A stretch of 63,862 nucleotides of DNA, filler included, from Octopus bimaculoides (GCF_001194135.2; 3 parts of 3 records of this genome joined end to end with filler, not necessarily neighbours in it); one strand, 5' to 3'; counted from the whole stretch's first letter, positions 38,403 through 50,289 are shown. Numbers and translations are program-made. The notes: a model not told the origin generated them from the sequence alone.

Positions 38403-38786
38403 CCTTTTACTCTTTTACTTTTTTCAGTCATTTGACTGTGGCCCTGCTGGAGCACTGCCTTTAGTCGAATCAAATCGACCCCAGGACTTATTCTATTGGT
38501 CTCTTTTGCCGAGCCACTAAGTTACGGGGACGTAAACACACCAGTATCGGTTGTCAAGCGATGTTGGGGGGGGGGGACAAACACAGACACACAAACATAT
38601 ATGCACACATACATATATATATATACATATATACGACGGGCTTCTTTCAGTTTCCATCTACCAAATCCACTCACAAGGCTTTGGTCGGCCCGAGATGATA
38701 GTAGAAGACACTTGTCCAAGGTGCCACGCAGTGGGACTGAACCCAGAACCATGTGGTTGGTAAGCAAGCTACTTACCACACAGACA
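38403..38786 (-). mobile_element. Full-length tRNA-headed SINE family B (head, central microsatellite, body, TTACTC-type tail)
   Basis: Head gtgtggtaagtagc..gggttcagtcccac; body ggtcgatttgattcgactaaaggcagtgctccagcaggg. Confidence 0.88.
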
Positions 38787-38899
38787 CTTCGTTAGTGTTT
38801 ATCTTTCTTTTATGTATTGGTTAAATTTGTGGGGTCTATATATATCTGTTTATATATGGTACTAAAAAAGAGTCTGAGAAGAAACTTGTGAGGCGTTAC

Positions 38900-39063
38900 C
38901 TTAGTAACAGAGACAGAACATGAGAAACCCATTCATCTTCACTGGGCTCAGCTTGCATTACAATAGATGTATCCTTTACTAAAGTTGAATCATCCACAGG
39001 CTTAGAAGCACACAAACAAGAATGACCACCAGCAAGTTCAATGGCCATCTTCATCTTCCTCAA
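38900..39063 (-). CDS. NBN: NBN exon 7, BRCT2 (LRKMKMAIELAGGHS...EWVSHVLSLLL)
   Basis: tttacag acceptor, AG|gtaacg donor, 164 nt, phase 0 to 2. Confidence 0.92.
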
Positions 39064-39166
39064 CTGTAAAAGAATTTGTTTCAAGGGAAAAAATATAAAT
39101 ATTTATCTTTTGAAATACACACACACACATATAATTAAATATGATAATCATTTTTGTTATTTAGAC

Positions 39167-39808
39167 CAGTGGTTCCCAAACTATGAGTCGCGACCCACTG
39201 ATGGGTCGCGAACGGAATCCTAGTGGGTCGCAAAATGTTATAAGCTTTGATTAACTGCTGTCTATCGAGATAGTTCAAGATTCATGTTTTCAATACCAGA
39301 CTGGTTGTTTTATCAAGCAGTAGGCTTTTTTCATGAATTTAACAAATCAGAGGTAGTCATTTTCTCAAGTTATTTATTCGTACGTAATCGTAAAAAGGAA
39401 AAGTCTGTTTTTACCTATTTATAGAGAACTTTAACTAGGCGCAGTACAACACTGATTGAGCCGATAACAGTTACTGCTTCGAGGTTTTGTATTAGAGTTA
39501 ATACCTGCCAATAGGGTATGGAGACGTTGAAACAGTTATAAAACGTTTTGTTTCACATTTAATATAAATAGTAAAAAATTTAAATAAATAAGACAGTATG
39601 GATTTCACTAATAAGTTTATAAATTATTCAAAAAAGTATAGGAGTGATCACCAGGAGGCTATTAATTAGCCAATGAAATGATTGGAAGAGATAGTAGCTA
39701 GATGGTAGATGGATCAATAGAGTCTATCTGATAAACGGTAGAGTTAAGTGGGTCACCATAAACTCACGTCATAGTGGGTCGCGTCTCTAAAAAGTTTGGG
39801 AACCACTG
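39167..39808. mobile_element. Non-autonomous hAT (Charlie-type) element, 642 bp
   Basis: TIRs CAGTGGTTCCCAAAC and GTTTGGGAACCACTG; perfect 8-bp TSD ATTTAGAC; subterminal GGGTCGCG repeats. Confidence 0.93.
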
Positions 39809-39894
39809 ATTTAGACAATATTTCTTCTACAAAACAATCAATTCTACCTTAGGGAAGAGTCAAAAGAATAGGAATATTTTTGTTTACACTTCTG

Positions 39895-40245
39895 TTTACT
39901 CTTTTACTTATTGCAGACATTGAACTCTAGCCAAGCTGGAGCACTGCCTAGTAGAGTTAGCTGAACCAAATTAAGCCACTTAAATCTGGTACTCTTTTGC
40001 CAAGCTACCATGCTAAGGGGATGTAAATAAACCAACACTGTTTGATAAGTGGTGGTGAGTACAAGCACAAATACACACACAAACACATGTAAAAGGCTTC
40101 TGTCACACAGTTTCTGTCTGTGAAATTCATTCACCAAGCATTGGTCAGCCTGGGGCTAAAGAAGAAGACATCTGCCCAAGGTGCCAAGCAGTAGGAATGA
40201 ACCCAAAACCACATGGCTGCAAAGCAAACTTCTTAACCACTCACT
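39895..40245 (-). mobile_element. SINE family B, near full length, decayed
   Basis: Tail tttactcttttactt, body, head to cttaaccac. Confidence 0.75.
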
Positions 40246-40394
40246 AGGACATCAACTTTATAAACTTCAAAGATATTTTACAAAGTGATTAATAATACAT
40301 TGTAATAAACCCATACTTCTGTTCTTTAACTAGTTTCAATCATTAGACTGTGGCCATGCTGGAGTATACCAGTAACTAGTTTGATTGCTATTTA

Positions 40395-40600
40395 TTGGTT
40401 TCAAATTCTGGCACAAAGCCAGCAATTTTGAGGTAAGTTGATTACATTGATACCAGTACTCAGTTAGTACTTATTCTATTGACCATAAATGGGTAGAAAG
40501 TAAAGTCTACCTCGGCAGAATTTAAACTTGAAAACATAAAGATAGATGAAATGGTGCTCAGCATTTTGCCCAGCATGCTAACGATTCTGGCAGCTCGTCA
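40395..40600 (-). mobile_element. SINE family A
   Basis: ggcacaaagccagcaa..gctaacgattctggcagctcg. Confidence 0.8.
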
Positions 40601-40887
40601 ACTTATTGACTGCTACTTATTGAATGGTTGACTTTACCTCTTATACCAGTCAGAGACTAACCCCCTTTTAATGGTGTAACCACCTTGTGGTACTATGGTA
40701 TGCTGACTTACATTGGTGTACATAAACACACAAATACGCTCATGAGTGCTGGTGACATGTAAAAACCACCTGTTTCTGTGTCACATATGTTAAACACACC
40801 CATGCCAGTACCACATACAAAGTACTTGTGTCAGTGCCCTGTAAAAAAACACCCATTCCAGTGGCACATAAAAAGTACTGGAGCTGG

Positions 40888-40921
<34 letters not shown>

Positions 40922-41105
40922 TCAATTTGAATTCGGGTTTTGTCCCCGTTAACAGGGGTGGCTGGGTCTACCTGATTGCCATAGCAACCGCCCTCACACC
41001 ATCTTGCCCGGTTTTGGGCATCCTCCCTTCTCAAGCCAACCCTCCCAATCTCCTCCTCCACCTGTCTCCTCCACATTTTCCTCAGCCTACCTCGCTTTCG
41101 CTGTC
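40888..41105 (-). mobile_element. RTE LINE 3' end with (GAT)n tail
   Basis: GRLRKMWRRQVEEEIGRVGLRREDAQNRARW is a typical RTE ORF C-terminus; tail at 40888-40920. Confidence 0.8.
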
Positions 41106-41275
41106 CATGTAAAAAGCACCCAACACACTCTGTAAACAAGTTGGCTTTCAAAACCATACCAAAACAGATAACTGGAGCTTGGCACAGTTCTCTGGCTGGC
41201 CAGCTCCTGTCAAATTGCCCAACCCATGCCAGCATGGAGAACATACATTAAATGATGATGATGATGCTAGTGACG
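41105..41275 (+). mobile_element. Family D copy fused 5'-to-5' with the RTE end at 40888-41105
   Basis: atgtaaaaagcaccc..cccaacccatgccagcatgg..(GAT)n. Confidence 0.75.
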
Positions 41276-41277
41276 AT

Positions 41278-41440
41278 GTACAGCAGGCTTCCATACAGTT
41301 TCCATCTACAAAATTTCACTCAAAAACATTGGTCAAACCAAGGCTTTGGTAGAATAGACATGCCTTTGGTGCTGCACATTGGGATGGAACACAGAACCTC
41401 ACGATTACAATGCGAACTGCTTAACCTACACAGCCGTCTC
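41278..41440 (-). mobile_element. SINE family B head (decayed)
   Basis: caggcttccatacagtttcc..aacctacacagcc. Confidence 0.7.
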
Positions 41441-42433
41441 TGCCTCCATAATCATCAACATGAATATTTTAAAAGCTTGTTTTGTTTTGGTGGGGAAAGA
41501 GTTCCTGTTCGTTTTATAGCCATTTTTTCTCCTTTCCTTGTTGGAGAGATTTACTCTTATAAAGTTGTGTATGAGAACATGCAGAGGTGTCTCTGAAATC
41601 GATGATCTTATATCAACAAATGTTTTATCATAGGATTAAGCAAGCCAACAAAGGAGCCTCTATAAATGAAATAACAGGCAAATCTCCCTCAACTCATAAC
41701 CTACACTCTTGAAAAAGCAAGACATATTGCATACTATAATTCTTACCATGCGAAAAGATGGGATAGTAATGACTAGAAAGCCTTTGATTATGGTCTGTCT
41801 TCTTTATGAGAGCAGACCAAGGGTTATACATCAACAACACAGGAGTGGTAACTATTTTCTAGTTAGACAGTCTGAGGTAATGAGTTTTGCTGCAAGGGTA
41901 TAAGGGATATAGGGGACTCTAGGTAGAGATAATAGCTTTGGATCCTTTGCTGCTCCCTACTGATTAGGATGGATGGGCTTCACTGTTTCTCATTTATCCC
42001 CTAAACCTTTCATGTGCTGGCTTCAAGTGTCACACTCGGGTACACTGCCTCAGCTGGTGTGCCAAGGCATGTGAGGGAGTGGATTAGACACTGCATCACT
42101 AGACAGGTGGAGGGGATGCGGCAATGGTCAACGGCCAGGGCAGAGGAATCTCAAGAAGACCACCAATGAGGTGTCTGTGACTAAAGCCAGGCCACATATT
42201 TTCTGGATCTAGGCCGGCAGTCAAACAAAGACAGCTCTGCAAGCAGTCTCTTTCCTAAAGGTGAGTGCCCCTTCTCCAAAAAACCTCAAGCTATAAAAAC
42301 AGTTCAAAGTGCAAAAGTATCACAGCAGTCAGGCGGCTGCTGACCGACCCAGTTGGAGGACTTACATGGGGCAGAGTTGAATATGGAGAAAATTTTGCAC
42401 CAAGATTTAAACAATAAATCAGGGGTACAATTT

Positions 42434-42985
42434 ACAGGGTCTAGTCAAAAATTATCAGGACTGGTGTTATAAAAAGAAAACTACAGCACATATCAATTCA
42501 GTATTTAATCTCCTTCTAAAGCCACACACTTTATGCAGCGTTGTTTCCATTGATGCGAGCATTCCTGGAACTCCTTTTATGGCATAGCGAACTGCTGTCT
42601 CGTTGCATTCTCTTGAGTTTCTTCGACATCTTGAAATCTAGTTCCTTTCAATTGGGATTCCTTTCAAGCCTTGGTTTTGGGGGCCATAGTCACAGACCCC
42701 ACAATTCATCACTTGCTATGACTGTTTTCAAAAAGTTTTCCTCTTCCTCGACACAATCAAGGTGACCCTGTGCATTTGAAACCTGATCTTGTTTTTGAGA
42801 CGATCACACTCCACAAACTTTACTTCCAAGCCCTGCTATAAACAACGGAAATGAGTGAGAACGTTTTATAACTTAGCGTGCGTGTGTGACAGAGTTCAAT
42901 GTCAAGCTGTAGCAAGCAGCTTCACTCTGCATACTTTAATTGTGTTACCACAGCAACCGTTCTGATACTTTTTGACCAGACCTCA
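42434..42985 (-). mobile_element. Internally deleted mariner of another family (552 bp)
   Basis: Imperfect TIRs (ta)cagggtctagtcaaaaattatcag and ctgatactttttgaccagacctca(ta); remnants FLKTVIASDELW and RFQDVEETQENAT..QWKQRCIKCVALEG. Confidence 0.85.
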
Positions 42986-43056
42986 TATACACAAGTAAAT
43001 AGAGTAACTTTAAAAAAAGACTGAAATACTCAAATGAGACCAACAACTCCACATAC

Positions 43057-43171
43057 CTGAGAAGATTTTAAAAAGTAGAAAGTAATTCCACTGAAAAGGG
43101 TTTTCCGTAAAGGATTCGGTTGAAATGTTCCATTCTTGATTACAAAGTTAGGAGACAATTTGGGAAGAAAC
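43057..43171 (-). CDS. NBN: NBN exon 6 (FLPKLSPNFVIKNGTFQPNPLRKTLFSGITFYFLKSSQ)
   Basis: tcaaacag acceptor, CAG|gtatgt donor, 115 nt, phase 2 to 0; R-K-x-(L/I)-F-x-G motif typical of NBS1 BRCT2 start. Confidence 0.94.
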
Positions 43172-43353
43172 CTGTTTGAAATACAAATAGAACAACAGAA
43201 ATCGATAATATGGATTTCTAGCTTTAGTACAAGGACACAAAGTTTTGGGGGAAGTAATATAGTTGACTAGATCAACATCATCATGATCATTTCAATGCCC
43301 ACTTTTCCACAACAACAAACATATACAAATATATATAGACATATGCAAATGTG

Positions 43354-43826
43354 TTGAGTCATCCCATAAATAATGCGGTTGTTTTATACTTCGTTTATTG
43401 TTCAAATTTAAGATAAACAAAGTTCTTTTTTAATCTGAAATATACTCTCCTTCATTTTCTACAGTGCTCTCCCATCTATCTGGTAGACTTGCAAGGCCCC
43501 TCTTCCAAAATTCACATATCCATGACAAAAAATACTCCTCCAGTACTGTTCTAACCTTGTCTACAGAATTCATATTTTTTCCATCCAAATGATTTTGCAG
43601 ACTGCAGAATAAATGTACGCATAAAGCAAAATATGCTGAATATGCTCCTTTGTCACTTCCATTATAGCTTTGAAAAAATAACTCTTCAAAACTTGCACTA
43701 AGAATAGGAACAAGGTAAAATTACTACCTGCTTTTAGAGCAAGTTGATGCAGGTAGTTTATCCTGTCCCCCACCAACTTCTAGTTCATGCAATTGAAAAA
43801 ACCACATTATTTATTAGATGACCCAA
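43354..43826 (-). mobile_element. Internally deleted copy of the 47931-49180 mariner family (473 bp)
   Basis: Same TIRs; 5' leader with MEVTKEHI joined directly to the transposase C-terminal end. Confidence 0.9.
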
Positions 43827-43884
43827 TATATAGACATATACAAACATACAAAATATATATAGACATATACAAGCATATACAAAT

Positions 43885-44240
43885 CATCATCATCATCATT
43901 GTCGTTTAACGTCCGCTTTCCATGCTAGCATGGGTTGGACGATTTGACTGAGGACTGGTGAACCAGATGGCTACACCAGGCTCCAATCAGATTTGGCAGA
44001 GTTTCTACAGCTGGATGCCCTTCCTAATGCCAACCACTCCGAGAGTGTAGTGGGTGCTTTTATGTGCCACCGGCACGAAGGCCAGTCAGACGGTACTGGC
44101 AACGGCCATGCTCAAAATGGTGTATTTTACGTGCCACCTGCACAGGAGCCAGTCCAGCAGCACTGGCAACAATCTCGCTCAAATGTCTTTACACATGCCA
44201 CTGGCACAAGTGCCAGGAAGGCGATGCTGGGCACAGGTAC
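43885..44240 (-). mobile_element. (GAT)n-tailed retroposon family D (RTE-type 3' end) with internal subrepeats
   Basis: (CAT)n-cgtttaacgtccgctttccatgctagcatgggttggac..ctggatgcccttcctaatgccaacc; several tgccaccggcac subrepeats. Confidence 0.85.
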
Positions 44241-44542
44241 CATGACGACACATCTGTATCTGTATATGTGAGTGTGTGATTGTGTGTATATCTTTGCATT
44301 TGTGTGTCCTTACCATCCCTTGACAACCGGTTCATTTATGTCCTTTTAATTTAGGGGTTTGGCAAGATAGTCCAATAGAGTAAGTACTAGGCTTAAAAAA
44401 CAGAAGTATTGGGGTCTTTTCATTTGGCTAAAACTCGTCAAAGTGGTGCAGTGCTCCAGCATGACCACAGTCAAATGATTGAAACAGATATATAGACATA
44501 AAACAAACATATACAAATATATATAGACATATATAAACTTAC

Positions 44543-44646
44543 TCTTCAGGACCCTTATACGGTTGAGACAGTTCACTAGCTGTTTTTAGACTTTTAAAAT
44601 AGTCAATGGTAACAATCTGACATTGGGCAGCAAGTGCACACACAAC
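44543..44646 (-). CDS. NBN: NBN exon 5 (VVCALAAQCQIVTIDYFKSLK...GPE)
   Basis: ttttccag acceptor, GA|gtaagt donor, 104 nt, phase 0 to 2. Confidence 0.94.
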
Positions 44647-45004
44647 CTGGAAAAGAATACCAAAATCCAGTTTAGAGAATTCATTATGAAACAAAAAAAA
44701 AGTAGCAAAAAAGAAAATGTATACAAGAACATAAATTTCTTGAACAAATTATTTTACTGGTTTAATTGAAAAGTAGCAATAAGGTAAACATTGGAATCTG
44801 AGTGTAATGGTAATGGTTAGAAATAATTAATAGCAGTGCTAATTATGATTTTACAATTTACTTCTTTAACAGAATTTTAATTAATATATTGGGGGGAGTG
44901 GGGATGGCAAGACACTTTGGATGTGGACAAGTGATGTTATGAGTCCTTTTAAATTCCTTCTCTAAATTTCAGAAACATAAAGCACCATCCAAAAGTGGCT
45001 GATG

Positions 45005-45280
45005 CCAGAAACCCACTGACTGGCCACTGTGCTGGTGGCACATAAAAAGCACTATCCGAACGTGATTGATGCCAAGCCCGCTGACTGGCTCCTGTGCCGG
45101 TGGCACATAAAAAGCATGCACTACACTCTCAGAGTGGTTGGCGTTAGGAAGGGCATCCAGCTACAGGAACACTGCCAGATCAGATTGGAGTCTGGTGCAG
45201 CCGCTGGCTCTGCAGACCTCAGTCAAACCGTCCAACCCATGCCAGCATGGAAAACAGACGTCAAACGATGGCGATGATAA
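45005..45280 (+). mobile_element. Family D copy, opposite orientation
   Basis: Ends aaccgtccaacccatgccagcatggaaaacagacgtcaaacgatgg. Confidence 0.85.
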
Positions 45281-45518
45281 AATGTTTTATAATTAAGGGT
45301 TGCTCTTACAGACAGGAAGCAATACTGGCCACATCAAAACACTGTGTGCGCATGAGCAGTGCGATGTCTCATTCTGTGCGGTAGTGTTTTCAGATACACC
45401 ACACTGAGAAGACTGCAAATACACAGTAAAATTCCTTGTATGAAGACTTATGTAGTAACTGAATGGCCTAATACTGGTACACAGCACAGACTGTCAGTAC
45501 TAAATCCAGCTGCAAGGG

Positions 45519-45740
45519 GTTAAGGTGGTGAGCTAGCAGAATTGTTAGCATGCTGAGCAAAATGCTTAGTGGCAGTCTGTCTGTCTTTACGCTCTGAGTT
45601 CAAATTCTGCTTAGGTCAACTTTGCTTTTCATCCTTTCAGGGTCGATAAAATAAGTACCAGTTGAGAACTGGAGTTGATGTTGTCAACTATACCCTTCCC
45701 TTGAACTTGCTGGCCTTGTGCCAAAATGTGAAACCAATTA
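45519..45740 (+). mobile_element. SINE family A
   Basis: ggtggtgagctagcagaattgttagc head; tail ggccttgtgccaaaa. Confidence 0.88.
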
Positions 45741-45842
45741 AAGGCCTCATCAGTTTGGTCAGATGGGACAGGGCCCATCTTAAAATATATTACATCAATA
45801 ACTGACCATAAGAAAACCATATTGTCTAACTTGTAATACTAA

Positions 45843-46185
45843 AGGGTAAAGACCCCCTTCAGTCATGAATGACCATGGGATTGCACCTAGAAAGTTCCCC
45901 TCTAAATCACAAGTCTGGGCAAGGTTGTTTATGGAAGATCAGCAGTCACCCATGCATACTGGCCTCCCCTCTACACGCCACCAGTCTTATCCAAGGGAAA
46001 GGCAAAGGGGTCAATACAGCTTGGCACTAGTGATGTCACAACTCATTGCTACAGCTGAATGAACTGGAGCAACGTGAAATAAAGTGTCTTGCTCAGGAAC
46101 ACAACACACAGCCCAGTCTCGGGATCAAACTCACTGCCTCATGATTGTGAGCCCAATGCCCTAACCACTGAGCTGTGTGCTTTCA
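45843..46185 (-). mobile_element. tRNA-headed SINE family C, body type 1, with TSD
   Basis: Perfect 16-bp TSD TAACTTGTAATACTAA; head ctcagtggttaggg..gagtttgatccc; central ttgtgttcctgagcaagacactt. Confidence 0.92.
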
Positions 46186-46282
46186 TAACTTGTAATACTA
46201 ATCACATTCAAATAAACCTATTAGTAACTCATTCAAAAACTGACAATCATAATTGTACTTTGTGTGTGTGTGTCAGACTGAC

Positions 46283-46625
46283 AAAATATTTCATTCATCA
46301 TCATCATCGTGTAATGTCTGCTTTCCATGCTGGCATGGGTTGGACGGTTTGACTGAGGGCTGGCAAGCCAGAAGGCTGCACCAGGCTCTAATCCAATCTG
46401 GCAATGTTTCTACAGCTGGATACCTTTTCTAACACCAACCACTCCGAGAGTGTAGTGGGTGTTTTTTACATGTCACTGGCACAAGGGCCAGTCAGGTGAT
46501 ACTGGCATTGGCCACGCTTAAATGGTGCTTTTTACGTTCCACCAGCACGGGTGCCAATCAGGCAGTACTGTCATTGGCCATGACAACGACTTCATTTGCT
46601 TCAACAGGTCTTCGCAAGCGCAGTT
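46283..46625 (-). mobile_element. Family D copy
   Basis: Same consensus. Confidence 0.85.
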
Positions 46626-46657
46626 TATTGCCCAAAATAATGTAAAATATCAAGTGT

Positions 46658-46899
46658 TATTTCTTTACTACCCACAAGGGACTAAACGTAGAGGGGACAA
46701 ACAAGGACAGACAAACACGGATTAAGTCAAGTCGATTATATCGACCCCAGTGCATAACTGGTACTTATTTAATCGACCCTGAAAGGATGAAAGGCAAAGT
46801 TGACCTCGGCGGTATTTGAACTCAGAACGTAGCGGCAGACGAAATACCGCTAAGCATTTCGCCCGGTGTGCTAACGTTTCTGCCAGCTCACCGCCGTAT
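46658..46899 (-). mobile_element. SINE family A, with TSD
   Basis: Same head; 12-bp TSD AATATCAAGTGT. Confidence 0.9.
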
Positions 46900-46918
46900 A
46901 ATATCAAGTGTGATTGAG

Positions 46919-46953
<35 letters not shown>

Positions 46954-46972
46954 AACTAAACTATAACTAGCA

Positions 46973-47288
46973 TTCCATCAGTCACGATGACAAGTGTTCC
47001 AGTTGATCCGATCAACGGAACAGCCTGCTCATGAAATTAATGTGCAAGTGACCAAGCATTCCACAAACATATGTACCTTTAACATAGTTCTCGGGGAGAT
47101 TCAATGTGACACAGAATGTGGCAAGGCTGACCCTTTGAGTTACAGGTACAACTCATTTTTGCCAGCTGAGTGGACTGGAACGTGAAATAAAATGTCTAGC
47201 TCAAGGACACAACACACTGCCAGGAATTGAACTCACAACCTTACGATTGTAAGCCAAATACTCTAACCACTAAGCCACACGCCTTCAC
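46973..47288 (-). mobile_element. SINE family C, body type 2
   Basis: Homologous to 36047-36376; lies 55 nt from the NBN exon 4 donor. Confidence 0.85.
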
Positions 47289-47342
47289 TCTCTCTGTATA
47301 ATGCTTAAAACAAATATGATTCATAATACAGTTGTTACAAAC

Positions 47343-47502
47343 CTTCACAGTAACTGAAATATAATCCATAACCAAAAAGTTGCATTTATCACTCCATTCA
47401 TTAGCCACTTTGCCATCAAAATATTTCATAACTTGGTCCAATTCTAACTTGGCAGAATTCTTCAAACAAGACGACGTGACAACTAAAGGATTAAACCGAA
47501 CC
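47343..47502 (-). CDS. NBN: NBN exon 4, BRCT1 (VRFNPLVVTSSCLK...NEWSDKCNFLVMDYISVTVK)
   Basis: ttattag acceptor, AAG|gtttgt donor, 160 nt, phase 2 to 0. Confidence 0.95.
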
Positions 47503-47930
47503 CTAATAACAAAAAATAGAAAATATTAATGTTCTCAATATTCACAATGCAAGGTGGGAAAATTCAAAATATGATGCCATCCAACTAGGAAAGACATATT
47601 GTACATGATGTATCTTGTTATCTTCTGGTGGATAAATGACTACCATTGTAATACCATTGTGATGAATGATGGTTAGAATTGATGAACATTAACAATAATT
47701 ACACTGAAATTAAAATGGTGATTTGATGATGATGATGATGATTGACTGTAAAAATAATAATTATAGTAAAGAAAAGAAAATTCAGTGTTTTTCAAAGCTA
47801 ATAATACTTGAGTGGGGTCTCTGTACCTCATGGAAATACTGTGGCTATACAGAGATACATCCCCATCTACCCTTAACCATTTAGCATTCAGATTTCTCTG
47901 TCAAATGTAAATGCTTATTTATTCATTTTA

Positions 47931-49180
47931 TTGGATTATCCCATAAATAATGTGGTTTTTTTTATACATTTTTTTTTATTTTTCAAAATTAAGGTAAACA
48001 AAGTACTTTTTTTAATCTAAAATATACTCTCCTTCATTTTCTACAATGCTCTTCCATTTATCTGGTAGACTTGCAAGGCCCCTCTTCCAAAATTCACTTT
48101 TCCGTGATGAAAAATACTCCTCCAGTACTGCTCTGACCTTGTCTACAGAATTCATATTTTTTCCCAGCCAAACGAGTTTGAAGACTGCGGAATAAATGAT
48201 AATCAGACGGGGGCAATGTCTGGCAAATACGTCCGACTCCAGCCTTTGGGATATCATCCTCGCTGTATGTGACCAAGCATTATCCTGATGGAATAACACC
48301 TTTTGTCTTGAAACCAAAGATGGTTGTTTTTCTTCACTGACTTAAACCACTCAAGCAGCTTGCAGTAGATCTTTGTTATCATTTGATTTGAGTTTAAAAG
48401 TTCAAAGTGCACTAAACCTTTCATATCCCACCAAATAGTTAACAACACCTTCTTTAGCCTGGGGTGCCGGTGTTTCTCCTTTCCCTACCCATTGTCTTTG
48501 GGGCTTGACATTTTTATAGATAACCCATTTCTCATCACCAGTTACTACTTGGTTCAAAAAAGGTTCATTGGTGAGATGTGATAGCAAAGAAGAGCACACA
48601 TTCATTCTCTGCACATGACTAGACTCGGAAAGTTTGAGGAACCCACTGACTTAATTTGCTGACTTTTCCGATGGCACACAGGTGTCAATGAATGGTTGAA
48701 TGACCAAATCCAAGCTTCTCTGCTAGTTTCTCATCAATTATGGTGGGATTTTGTTCCACCAGGGTTTGCAGGATGTCTTCGTCAAGCTCTACAGATCTTC
48801 CAGGATGAGGCTCATCTTCTTGGCTGTAGTTTCTAGCTCAGAATTTCTGGAGTCACTGTTGACACTGGCTTATGCTTATTGTCCGATCCCCATATACTGC
48901 ATTAATATTCCTTGCACTTTCTGTTGTGTTGTTGCCTTTATTGAACTCATAACACAAAGTATGTGGAATATGCTCCTTTGTCACTTCCATTTTAGCTTTG
49001 AAAAAATAACTGTTAAAATCAAACTGCACTCTTCAAAACTTGCACTAAGAATAAGGACAAAGTAAAACTACTACCTGCTTTTATAGCAAGTTGATGCAGG
49101 TAGCTTATCCTGTCTCCCTCTGACATTCATTTTATGCAATTGAAAAAACAAACCCCCACATTATTTATGGGATGACCCAA
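47931..49180 (-). mobile_element. Full-length decayed mariner (1250 bp) in NBN intron 3
   Basis: TIRs TTGG(A/G)T(T/C)ATCCCATAAATAATGTGG at both ends with TA flanks; frameshifted transposase pieces TGDEKW, LLTIWWD, HQDNA. Confidence 0.93.
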
Positions 49181-49499
49181 TATTTTGAATTAATCATGCA
49201 TTGTCTTATAGTTTCATAATTTTAATGTCATGATTGTCTATTTTTAGAATGCCATTATAGGGCAGGCATGAGAGGCCAAATCTGGCTGGTTTTAGCATAA
49301 AACAGATAGAATACTTGAGTTGGATATGACCAGTTTAAATAGTAAAGGGTTAAAGCACATGACTTGGAGTTAAAAAACAACCATGAAATAATGATGCAGA
49401 AATCTTACATACAATGTCTGGGAGAAATTTAATTTAAAGGAGGTTCTTGTAGTTATTTTGGTGTGGCAGCAAAAATACTCAAAAGTTGTTATAGCTTAC

Positions 49500-49648
49500 C
49501 AAAATGTTGACTTTGGGGAACCAAACATAAGTTTGTCCCCTTCTTTCAATTCTATTGCTGTATTTTGATTGCATTTCTTCCTATTGATATATGTTCCATA
49601 GGATGAGACATCTTGAATAGTCAGAGAAGACTTTGTATAGGGAATCTT
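49500..49648 (-). CDS. NBN: NBN exon 3, FHA C-part (KIPYTKSSLTIQDVSSYGTYIN...FGSPKSTF)
   Basis: tttcag acceptor, TG|gtaagc donor, 149 nt, phase 0 to 2. Confidence 0.95.
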
Positions 49649-49736
49649 CTGAAATATCAAAGAAAAAAAGAAGAAAATGTTACTTTTGTATCTACAACTA
49701 TTCAAGAGAATTGAGTGGATAGAACAGAAAACGTTT

Positions 49737-50070
49737 TCATCATCATCATCATCGTTTAACGTCCGTTTTCCATGCTAGCATGGGTTGGACGGCTCAATCG
49801 GGGTCTGGGAAGCCAGGAGGCTGCATCAGGCTCCAGTCTGATCTGGCAATGTTTCTACAGCTGGATGCCCTTCCTAACACCAACCACTCTGTGAGTGTAG
49901 TGGGTGCTTTTTACATGCCACCGGCACAGGGGCCAGAGGAGGCTGGCAACGGTCACAATTGGTTGGTGCTTTTCACGTGCCACCGGCACGGAAGCCAGTC
50001 AAGGTGGTGCTGGCATCGGCCACATTCGGATGGTGCTTTTTATGTGCCACCGATACAGGTATCACAACTA
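49737..50070 (-). mobile_element. Family D copy
   Basis: Same consensus, three subrepeats. Confidence 0.85.
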
Positions 50071-50289
50071 CAATTTCCATTTGATTTTTATCTTGATGTT
50101 GATGTACATATTATTCCAATCAACCTTATTATAAGACCTGTAATAATTTTACCAAGAGACGACACTGAAAACTGACCCCAGTGATAAAAAAAAAAAAAAA
50201 CGACTCTGAAAACACCTGAAATTTCTGTCAGCTTGTTTCTCAATTTTAATATTTTAATGTTTAATAAGACAGCAAGTCAGCATAATGAT

